A stretch of 34,395 nucleotides of DNA from Bugula neritina (Eukaryota > Animalia > Bryozoa). Below the pieces are notes generated by a model. That model was given only the letters and a program-made list of their open reading frames with translations, was not told where the DNA came from and did not search any database. Below, piece after piece: positions 24,327 through 34,395 of this stretch; position 1 is the stretch's first letter, and each line of letters begins with the position of its first letter. The position numbers were made by a program, and so were the translations under genes. The stretch is taken from positions 1 through 34,395 of the forward strand of contig CAXIUT010000201.1 in NCBI GenBank assembly GCA_964035545.1, in the 5' to 3' direction.

Positions 24327-25301
24327 ATGATATCAAAGGCATTTCGATCAGTTCGACTTCTTCCTATTCAAAAATTACCATCAAATAAGATCTTTTATGG
24401 TTCTTCTCCAATTATCAATTTGGCTACTAGATCTAATAGATATTTCTTTTGTGAGAATAAGAAAGATCCACCTATTCGTCCTCGTCAACCTTTAAATTCT
24501 AAAGATGAACATGTAGTTGATGTTTCAATGAAAGCTGAAGATTAGAAGATAGGACAGTAGCTTAAATAGAAAGGTGATGAGGAAGGATTACAGCCGACTA
24601 AATTTGGTAATACAATGTTTTTGATAAGTGCAATAGCATTGGCTTTGGCTTATTTTTTTATGGAAATTCAAATAATTAGAGCTAATAAAAAGAAAAAAAC
24701 TTAATCAAGAGCTAATACTCAAACTACTTCTGTTGGAAAAGCTCATATTGGAGGAGATTGGTAACTTATTGATACCGAAGGCAAACCTTTTTCGAATAAA
24801 GATTTATAAGGAAAATATTATCTTATCTATTTTGGATTTACTCATTGTCCTGACATCTGTCCTAATTCTTTAACTAAACTAGCTAAAGCTGTAGCTAAAG
24901 TAAAAAAGAGTAGCTAGGCTAACTTTTTTGAATTAAAAACTTTATTTATATCTGTTGATCCTGATCGAGATGACGGATCTAAACTTAAAAAGTTTTTAAC
25001 ATTATTTGATCCTGAGATGATAGGTCTGACTGGAACTAATAATAATGATCCTGCTTTACGATAATGCATGAAAAAGTTTAAGATATATGCTTCTAAGTTA
25101 TAATTTTAAGATGCTGATGAAGAGGTGAAGGGTAGAAAATCATATACAATAGATCATACGATTTTGACATATTTAATGAGCGATACTAATGAATATTTGA
25201 CTCATTTGGGTGGCAATTTGGGCTAGCACGACTTGGCTTCGATAATAACATAGAAGATATCATAAGATAGGCGTGAGAAGATAAAGAATATGAAGATATG
25301 A
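24327..25301 (+). CDS. SCO1: Cytochrome c oxidase copper chaperone SCO1/SenC
   Basis: Targeting peptide and TM segment, then IGGDWELID...[12 protein letters not shown]...ISVDPDRD...GLTG...YTIDHT. Confidence 0.95.
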
Positions 25302-25351
25302 TAGATATAGATATTATTAAAGATAATAAATAGTGATTTGAATTTGATAGT

Positions 25352-27019
25352 ATGATAGGCAAACAATATTCATTTTCTTGTTATGCGGCCTAAAGACCAT
25401 TTCAGGCCTATTACTCGCAAACAGCATAGAGTATTGAACTGATTGATATCAATCATGATATCTATATGTTCAGGTTGCCAGATGGATCAAATTATGAGGT
25501 ACTGATTAAGTTATTTAGAAGTTGTAGGCGAACTAGAAGGTTAAAGACTACTATCGATGCAATAATATGAGATTTATTCGATACTAAAGCAATCAGTTTT
25601 ATATATTTCGGAATGAGGAGGCTGCTAAGATAATATAGAATGTGAGAAGAGTGGGATTTTATGTGTTAAAAAATGCTATTTATTTGTTTTTGCATAAAGA
25701 GGAGGAATCTGGTTTTAATTTGGATGTTTCTGTGGTGGTGATGACAGCGAAGTAGAATTCTTTTATTGATTTTTACAGAATATAAAATGGAAATTAGTTT
25801 TTATGAAAAGTTAAGAATAATAGATGGGTTTAGGAAAGGTTTTTAAGAAATTGTAATTGATATTTGGATAGTATGCTTTGCTATTGGATGTGAATAATAG
25901 ATATTGTTTGGTTAAGTTGGTTTGTGACAACTTATTACTTGATTTCGGATAGAAATATATAAAATATCGTGTTATTGATTTGTAATTATTTGAGAAAATG
26001 AAAGTTATTAGTGAATATGGAAATACTCTTCTTTTCACGAGATAGTAATAATAGGATAAATAATTAAGTGGGATTTATTTATTGGATGGTAAAGAAGGTG
26101 AAATAGTTCATTTGAAATAGATATAAAATACAAATAAAATACGTTATTTTATTTATGAACAATATTTAGTCATGATAGATGATACAGATATCTAGGTATT
26201 TTAGATAATTGGAGGCACATTGATGGCAAAGATCAATATAAAAGTCTTATTATAGCAATTTTAAGAAGGATCTAGTATGATACTGGGAATGTAACATTAA
26301 AAATAGACTAGATATGAGATGTTATTTGATAGAATGGTAGCTAAGGTGACACATTTTTATTTAATGGACTACTAGAAGTTATCTATTTATCTAATTAGTA
26401 TTAATTAGTTTATTAATAATTCTTTGAGAAAGGGAATCAAAAATATTTTAGATTAATTGTAAAAAGATAGTGAGAAAGTGCATGATAATGTAATGAAAAC
26501 ATTAAATTTTAGGATAAAGAAGTTGAAAGGGTTATAATAATATATAAACTAGGCTTTAAAAACATTTGTTTTTGGTAATTGTTTGAGATTTCTTCAAAAG
26601 TAAATCATTTATAATATAGCTAATCAAATGTTTTTGTTCTTAGCGATGGTTTATTTTTATTTTTCAATGCTTTACTGGCCAATATCTAAAGAATAGTCAA
26701 ATAGACCAATATGATTCTCTAACTATAAAAATAAATAATCAAACTATGTACTTCTCTAATTGGATAATCCAAATATTAAGATCATATTTGTAAAGGATTA
26801 ACTATTTCTACTACTTTATTTAATCTTTTACGCAATAAATATAAAATATTTACTAATAAAGATAATTTATAAAATTATACCAAGTTAGTCTAGTCTAGGA
26901 GGGTTACTAAATTGTTGAAACAGGATAAAAATAAACAACTGTTTTAGTTGAGTTATCAATTGGCTATAGGAGTCAAAGGATATTAATATTTATCATAGAT
27001 ATAAAAGAAAAAGAAGTGA
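25352..27019 (+). CDS. Hypothetical protein
   Basis: Long frame with a 20-nt intron at 25499-25518 (GTACTGATTAAGTTATTTAG). No recognised domain; the 3' part is uncertain. Confidence 0.5.
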
Positions 27020-27070
27020 TTGTTTATAAATAAAGTTAAATAGATCATTTTTACTATTAAATATCTTATT

Positions 27071-28559
27071 TCATTAGTTTCTAGTCTTCTTATTATCTTT
27101 TTTATTATATTTTTTATAAAGGTAACTACTTTTACTCGACATCTTTTGCAAATCTTTGTAACCTTTAGTTTTGTAGTTATATTGAACCTGCATCTCTTTT
27201 GTAGTCAGTTTATCCATCCCAATAGTCGCATTATAGCTATCTTCCTTAATACAGTTTTTGATGAAGAGAATAAACACAAACTTAAGCATCTTTTTATTTG
27301 ATAAACTTGACTTAAACTATCCCATCAGGATGTGATTAGTAGAATCTAATTCTTTTGATTTATCCTATTTTAGCAATATACTAAGTGATCTACTTTTTTA
27401 TTTGATCTAGATCTTAATCATTATTTGTTTTATTTGTATCAATAATATGTTTGATTATTACTATTTTTAGTCCTTATCCTTAATCTTAGGCATTTTAATC
27501 CCATGATAGTTGTTTTCTTTATCTATTCTTTGCTTGAATCTTTTTAGCTAAATTTTATCTTTTTGTTTATCTTGGTTTATAATCTTATTGTTTTTGATTA
27601 AATTATGCCCTTTAAACTTTGACTTTAAATCCACTTCTGATTTAGTTATTATTCAAATTTTATAAAGCTATATCTACACTTTACTATTTAGCATAAGAAA
27701 CAGCAGCATCTCCTTTGAGAAAACCATTCTAATCTCTATATAGTTTTATCTTCTATTTACCAGAAGCCATGTCAGTTCTTAAAATACCAGCTTTAACAAC
27801 AAATAATTTTAATTATTCTTATGTTATATCGAGAGGTAGACCAGAAATATAAACAAAGGTATTTATTTTTGGAGAATACCATTTTTATTTCCTCTTTTAT
27901 GCTTGTCTTTTAGTCTTCTTCTTATTTTTTTATCTTCTTAACAATTGCTATTTTGTTAATTATTCTTCAGGAATAACCTTTTACTATTGATTTTGAGTAC
28001 CTTTCTTTCTTTTGTTTATTTTATCTTCGAAAAAGAGTTAATTTTTAAGTTTATTGAAGAGTAATTGTTTCATATTTTACATTTTTTATATTGGCTCTTA
28101 TTATTGTTGCACCCATTATTTCTTCTATTCATCATAGAGATTCCATTTGCCATCATTTGATTGATAAAATGTTTTTTTTAGTAAACTTTATACCGTGTTC
28201 TATAAAATTGTTAAAGGATTTTCATCTTTATTTTCTATTATCTGATCATTCGCATCTTCTTATGGTTTATCTCCATCTTCTGCTTCTTTCTGATTTTTTT
28301 ATAATAGTATCTCTCTTTTCTTCTATATTTATTGCATTTCTTTTGATGACTAAAGAATGCTTTATCTGATCTCTTCTATCTAGTTTAAGGTTTTCCATTC
28401 TTTCATGCCTGCTTTCCAAGCCATATTTAAAGAGTTGATTTAATTAGTCCTGAGGAGTACGTCAAGATCACGTAGAGAGATAGGTCCTTTGGTCTCATTA
28501 TTAACGAATACATACCAGATTTATGAGTCAATTGCTTCTGTTTTGATATCCTTATTCAT
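27071..28559 (-). CDS. HTATSF1: Tat-SF1/Cus2 U2-associated splicing factor with N-terminal GYF_2 domain
   Basis: GYF_2: WYVFVNNETKGPISL...AWKAGMKEW. RRM: NTFVYISGLPLDITEEE...IKLYRDENGFLKGDAAVSY. A degenerate second RRM/UHM follows; indels present. Confidence 0.85.
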
Positions 28560-28619
28560 ACTCTATTATAAATTTTAAAGTAATATCGTAAAGTCAAACA
28601 GTTGATAAATCAAATATAA

Positions 28620-29403
28620 ATCATCTTATTTATTTTTATGTATTTTTTAAAGGATAACTGTGCTTAGATTCAACTATTTTCAACTTTTTTTCAAAAATCT
28701 TCAAAAAAATAAATTTTAGAATGACTAATCTTTGTTTCTTAAGAATTGAGTCATAAAAAACAATGAGAAAAGAAGGCATAAATTATTTTAGTTTGAATCT
28801 TCACCTTTTTAACTTTCCTTATTTTTATCTTTTCTATCTTTGATAGAAATCATCTCAAATATTAAAGTAGAAAATGTGATCATAAATTCTATGAGTCAGA
28901 GAGGATGTTAATTTTCTATTGAACAAACTAAACTATCTTTTTGAAGATTAGAATTTAGAAAGGATAAGAAGGAATATTTAATTTCTATAGTACATGATTT
29001 AATTATAGTAAGCGTGAAATCCAGTAGAAGTATTTAATCAAGACAAGTGATGATAGTTAATTATATAGTTATAATACAAATATCATTGTTCATATCTGCT
29101 ATCAATACCTTCTTGTTTTTTATATTTTGAAATATCGATAACATTGTGACCGTAATAATGATCTTCATTGTTTTTTCAGTTAGTTTGATGATATTAAAAA
29201 TGGTTTAATAATGTGGGAGGTCATTTTTTACATAAATGGTTTGTAAGCTACAAAATGAAGAATAAAATTTTATTATTAAGAAAAAAGACTGGATTTTAGT
29301 TGTAAAAGTTTTTGAGACTTAATTACTCTGGAAACAACTGATTTTAAGTCTTAATGTAGTCAAGAAGTGCTTTTTCACTGCTTTTTGATGTTATTGATTA
29401 CAT
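28620..29403 (-). CDS. Possible hypothetical protein
   Basis: Frame starting MESITSKSSEKALLDYIKTENQLFP, with breaks. The end is uncertain. Confidence 0.3.
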
Positions 29404-29417
29404 AATAATTTTAAATC

Positions 29418-29648
29418 ATGAATAGTGAGCCTACTTCGAAAGATGAGACTGTAGCTTCAGCAATTAGTTCTTTTAAGAATCCTGAGATGTTGGAGGGAAG
29501 TAGTGTTAGTATTGAGCATGTTGGTGCTGGTTGGAGTTTAAAAAATGGAGGAATAAATTTAGGAGAGCTAAAGCAAGCTGTCATGATTCAGAATAAGCTT
29601 TATGTCAATGGAAAAAAGGTTAGGGAAACAAAGAGTAGTATAAATTGA
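29418..29648 (+). CDS. Small hypothetical protein (76 aa)
   Basis: ATG-to-TGA frame with higher GC than its AT-rich flanks. Confidence 0.45.
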   Translation: MNSEPTSKDETVASAISSFKNPEMLEGSSVSIEHVGAGWSLKNGGINLGELKQAVMIQNKLYVNGKKVRETKSSIN

Positions 29649-29771
29649 ATATGATATTTTATCATCTTTAACCATTGATCTTGAATTTTAGAATTTCATT
29701 ATTTTTTATTGTTTTATTGATTTGACTTTATTCATATTAAAGAGTATGTTAATATATTTTATCAATAAACT

Positions 29772-31309
29772 ATGAATCCGAAAGTAGCCGGATCCATCTA
29801 CAATAAATCTTCTAAAACCATCGGACACTTCTATCAACCTTCAACTTCTTCCAGTCCAGATCCAATACTACCAATCAGAAAAGTGGATTCATTGCTATTC
29901 GACAAAATAATCAGATTAATGAAATGAACAAACTTCAAAAGAGAACCAGTTCTGTAGGTAAAATAATCAATGTTCGAGATGGAGATAAGAAAGATTAGCT
30001 AGAGAAGAAGGGTTAAATAGTTAAAGATCTGAAAACTGTAATACAATATTAATAAAAAGATTTGAAGAATGAGGATGTGAATGGTGGTCGAAATAGAAAT
30101 CGGTATAAATATAACTATCTTTCTCAAAATTTTGTGTCTTCTGTTGTTGAACCAGTGGTATTAAGTAAATTAAAAGGAGAAGACAAGTAGTTGAATGCGA
30201 AAAGGAGAGTGTTAGAGGATGTTGTGAGTAAAAATATTTTAGTATGTAAGAAATAAGAGATAAGTAGCCTTTAAGCAAAGAATAAAGAAAGAGTGATGCA
30301 AACTTTATAGAAGAGACCTAGTTTTAAGAAATCAATATAAAACAAAGAGAATGTGATAAAATAAATGTCTAAATAGAAAGTTAAATAAATAGTGCCTAAA
30401 TAGAAAGAATTTGTAAAAAAATAGTGTATTTCGAATATGATTAATCACAATAATCAATAAAACAAAGGAGATCTTCACAAGAAATTAATCAAAATGATAG
30501 ATCACTATGATACTAAAAACAAAGAACTGACTTAGAAGATGTAAAAACTTCAAAAAAAAGACCTAAATTCAGAGATATAACCTTCTCTTTACCAGAAATA
30601 AAAGATATAAAAAGAAGCAAAAATACCAAAGAGAGAGGAGATGTAGAATGTGAGTGAGGCAATATTGGATCGAGTATTTAAAAAATTGATATAATTCAAT
30701 TTGCAAGGAAACAACTTGAACATAGAAGTTGATTCTGAGTTACAAGAATTGTGGAAATCAATTTATGCTCAAATATTGCTTGATTAAAAGCTGAGAATGG
30801 TTAAAATATTTGTTAATTAAGGCAATATAGATGCTATACTTGATAAAATCAATTCTAGTAGAATTAAAAAGATTGAAGATAGTATTATCAAAATCAATGC
30901 TGAAGAATATGACCCTTTTGTTATGGAAAAGTTGGCATAGTATTTAAGAGTGAGTAATCCTAAGTTGAATTCAGTTACAGCTATCAAGTGGATATCTGAA
31001 CATTTTAATAGTCATTATAGCGAAGTTTAAAAGCATTGGACTAAATATTTAAGTCAAGAGAAAGTAGAGTGCTAAATCAATAAAATGACATTATAGAAAT
31101 AGCTAAATAAGTAAAGCTAAGAAAAATAGATTACTTTGAGATAGTTTACAAGACTTCTAAGCAACATATACAAAATAAATCTCCGTCATAGAAATGTATT
31201 TCAAATCTATAGTAAGTTGAAATAAATGTCTAACTTCAACATTTTGATTAAATTACTTGAAAATGATGGTAAGAAGCCTTAGTTGAAAAGATTTTCCTCA
31301 TTAAAATGA
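29772..31309 (+). CDS. Hypothetical coiled-coil protein
   Basis: Long K/E-rich frame with a few indels, ending at TGA 31307-31309. Confidence 0.45.
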
Positions 31310-31337
31310 TAATATTGAGTTATTAATTATTTAATTT

Positions 31338-32349
31338 ATGCTGAGATTGCTATCAAAAGGTCTAAGAATAAACTACGGAATCAAATATTCTCGCTTTTAT
31401 TTGTAGGATTTAGCTAGAGATCGAGTAGCTGAGCAACGAGTCATCTAGTAGAAGAAAGAATTGCAGAGGTTGTAGGATGTTAGAAAGTAAGTTAGATATC
31501 ATTTAGTATTCCAGCTAATGATAAGAATCCAGCTAATAGGGTAAAAGTCAGAATGAATAGTAATATATTTAACATTGATCCTTCTCGAGAGTATGTGAGA
31601 GATAGTTGTTGGGTGTTGTAGCCTAAACCAGTTGAAATAATGCCTAAGGTGACGATATCTGCCAAAAGAAAATACATCATAACGTCCATTAAAAAGTATT
31701 TTATGCAATATGAAGAGCTAAATTGGCTATGTCATGTATAAGGAAGTTGCATGTTTTGGATGCGATTAACTAGTTGTAGAATAGTCATAAGAAAGTGGCT
31801 AAGGTGATGGTTAGAACTTTTTATAATTTGTTGGATCATGCAAAAATGAGAGGGTTTAACATTATGAGATTGTGGGTGCATGGATGTATTATTGGAAAAA
31901 CTAAAAGGTACAAAGGAGTTAGATATCACGCTAAAGGTCGAGGATGCAGATAAAAAAAAGATTTTTGCCAAGTTAAAGTAATCTTATATTAAAAACCATA
32001 AAAATAGTTCATAGAGGAGATAGCCACTGGTAAATGCGCTCCTGGAATTGCCAATATTATGAGATATTCATTGCGAGATATAGGTGACTATAAAACCTTA
32101 TCTGCATTTACTGGAGTTACCACATCGAAAGGTCGACAACAGGCTAGGATGATATTCAAACGAAAAGTAGAGCAGATAATGATATAAAACTAATCAGAAG
32201 GAAGATACTAGCCAAAGAAAGTGGTGACTGAGAAATTGAAAGAAGCTGAAGGAGAACGTTTTAGATAGAAGTTGAAGTTACTTAAACCTGAGGAATATTC
32301 ATCATTGCGGGTGCGTGAACGTTTGTTTAAGAAGAATATGGGGATTTGA
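31338..32349 (+). CDS. MRPL22: Mitochondrial ribosomal protein uL22m
   Basis: SIKKAKLAMSCIRKLHVLDAI...LWVHGCIIGKTKRYKGVRYHAKGRG...CQVKVILYE after removing 20-nt introns at 31487-31506 and 31696-31715. 324 codons. Confidence 0.85.
31487..31506 (+). other. 20-nt spliceosomal intron
   Basis: GTAAGTTAGATATCATTTAG; removal restores the reading frame. Confidence 0.82.
31696..31715 (+). other. 20-nt spliceosomal intron
   Basis: GTATTTTATGCAATATGAAG; removal restores the uL22 frame. Confidence 0.85.
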
Positions 32350-32445
32350 TTTCTATAATGATATAGATTAAATAACTAATGAGTTTTTGAATGGTTATTT
32401 TAATGCAATATTAATAAGATATTGGTGAAATGATTAAAATATTTA

Positions 32446-34160
32446 TCAGATGAGTGCAGTTAGTTTATTGACTTATATTTTAGGTTCAGCTTATTCTATG
32501 TATTTGAAGTATGGAAAGGCACATTTGAGGATATTGATATTAGGATTAAGACTTCTAGCTATTCCTTCTAGCACAATGATATTCGTGAGTAAAGTAGCAA
32601 ACTATCCGTCTAATTTCATTTTATTTTATCTGATAATTCTCATCATGTCCCATAATAGGACCATTCCTTCGAGTTGACTGTAGCTGGAGCTATTTAATCT
32701 ATCAAAGCATTTGGTGAGTTGTTGATGGTAGTGTTAAAATTTTTTATTTCTTGTTATTTTCTATCCCTAGTAATTTGATAAATTAAATATCATTGATGCG
32801 CATTCATCTCCTTTACATTCTATAACAGACTTAATAAAATATGATATATTATGTTTATCTTTCTTATCCAACTCTACGACCATACCGGCATCGATCAAAT
32901 TTATTACTATTTTTTTCTTTTGAGTTCTTATTAATTTCCTCATTTATAACTATTCTTAGCAGTATTATAAATATACTTGCTTTATTCTTTATTCTGTTAA
33001 TGTTTATGCCTTTATCCTGTATTGTGCTACATACCATACATCTTTTATAAAATCTCTAACTTAAGTAAAAAAGTTATAAGGTCTTTATTCTGTTGAAATA
33101 AATATATTACCGCCATGGCAATCAGCGTGAACAAAGTTATTTTTCATTACCATTTAAAACAAAACTTATGAACCTAACTTTGCTATAACTTTGTTTAGGA
33201 GATGTGGATTAGATTAGAAATAAGTTATAGGCTTTCCTTAGATAAATGATTAAACTAAAACTGAGTCCTTAGTGCTTTATTATATTGGAGAAGGGAAGTA
33301 AACATCTCGACGCGATTTGAACATCTGTTTGAATTTGTTGAGGTTTCTCATTTAGAATGTGAAGTCGATTTGTTCTATGAGAGTTCTTTTAAGGGAGTGG
33401 TAGTTGATGGGTATTTAAAGAGCTGGAGAGATGAAAGAGGCCATATAGCTCATGAAAAATAGTAAGTTTACATCTCTTTCTATGTGTTTATCAACATCTG
33501 GATGTCTTACTTTGACTGCTACTTTTCTTCCTTTGTATTTGGCTTGGTAGACCTGACTAACTGATCCAGAAGCGATTGGATTTAAGTCAAATTCATCAAA
33601 AATATCTTCTATATTTTTACCATATGATTTATTAAAGTTCTATCTAGTAGTCTATATTGAGTGAGTAGGTGCATTTTACCTCAAATATTCAAATTTAGAA
33701 GCTAGTTCTGGTCCAATAATATCTCTTCGATGACTAAGATATTGAAAAGCCTTGATGAAGACAACTCCTGATCGTTCAATGGCTTTGACAAAGACATCGA
33801 ACCAGAACTTTTATGTTGAGTCGAAAAGAAGCAAAGGTGAGAGGACGATTGAAGGAGTGAAGATGATGAATAGCTGAATAAATCTGATGGCATGGATGAA
33901 TGCTGACCAGATGTGTTGCAAGATGGAAGGTTTTTTTGGTTATTTAGTGACAGGTTTCATTTATTGTATGAGTTATTTTTGCCAATTGTTTTAATCTTTT
34001 TGGTTGAGAGAAGATGGCATGAATGCGTAATATGACATGGCTAGAGCTGGAAAGTGAGTCTTCTGAGCCATAATATACGTTGGTTTGGTGGAGGAAGAGG
34101 TGAGGCCTTAGTAAATGATTGGAAGTAGGAACTGAAACGAAATGCGGATCTGAAAAACAT
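32446..34160 (-). CDS. ADCK2: ABC1/UbiB atypical kinase, ADCK2-like
   Basis: GVVFIKAFQYLSHRRD...PIASGSVSQVY...VAVKVRHP...QIDFTFEMRNL...VLVESF...NFVHADCHGGNI...EGIARSL. Indels present. Confidence 0.88.
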
Positions 34161-34326
34161 TAATGGTGTTTTATTATTGTTGATAAAGGAAGATAAAATT
34201 ATTATCCATTTTGTGGCTACCAGGTAATAAATATTTTTTTCTTGTTTTTCTGGTTTAAAATAATAAGTTATTGATTTATGAACTTAAGTAAATAATAATA
34301 TCATGGTATTTGTTGATTATGCTACT

Positions 34327-34395
34327 GGGGTTGGGGTTGGGGTTGGGGTTGGGGTTGGGGTTGGGGTTGGGGTTGGGGTTGGGGTTGGGGTTGGG
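34327..34395. repeat. Right telomere, (TTGGGG)n
   Basis: Perfect G4T2 repeats to the end of the window, ending TTGGG. Confidence 0.98.

Noticed and set aside
2485-33190. Frameshifts in many genes as programmed ribosomal frameshifting (Euplotes-like)
   Set aside because: Shifts go in both directions, fall mostly in A/T homopolymers (e.g. 3760-3764, about 14830, about 18860) and share no AAA-stop motif. Read-level indel error is the simpler explanation.
454-33893. Most ORFs in the supplied standard-code track (e.g. 454-798, 2186-2443, 14810-15037, 31492-31689)
   Set aside because: They are antisense or off-frame shadows, or fragments of real genes cut at TAA/TAG codons that encode Glu here.
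169-34160. Split code with UAA=Lys and UAG=Glu, or the common ciliate UAR=Gln code
   Set aside because: TAA sits at invariant Glu positions in ALG10, MRPL47, ADCK and NDK. Only isolated variable sites (NDK RFE-x-KG, a uL22 site that is often Gln) fit other residues.
14327-34327. Internal and right telomere tracts begin exactly 20,000 nt apart
   Set aside because: No mechanism or sequence similarity links the two ends, so I treat it as coincidence.

Overview
This is AT-rich, very gene-dense macronuclear DNA from a ciliate. It carries Tetrahymena-type (CCCCAA/TTGGGG)n telomeres at both ends and a third, internal TTGGGG tract at 14327-14407. Conserved positions in many proteins show that both TAA and TAG encode Glu and TGA is the only stop (peritrich-type code, NCBI table 30), so the supplied standard-code ORF track is mostly fragments or antisense shadows. 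Bases 1-14407 look like a complete telomere-to-telomere minichromosome with about 13 genes: NDK, EFCAB2/DRC8, a degenerate SDR, a FAM72-RING fusion, two B-box proteins, an LRR protein, NFU1, an ERGIC/Erv46 protein and several hypotheticals. It is joined to a second ~20 kb piece that starts in the middle of SF3B2 and carries MRPL47, ALG10, an Aurora-like kinase, SCO1, HTATSF1, MRPL22 and an ADCK2-like kinase. Introns are almost all exactly 20 nt (GTA...AG), usually with an A six nt from the 3' end. Scattered 1-nt indels, mostly in homopolymers, look like sequencing errors. All gene calls come from manual translation and recalled family motifs, not database searches.
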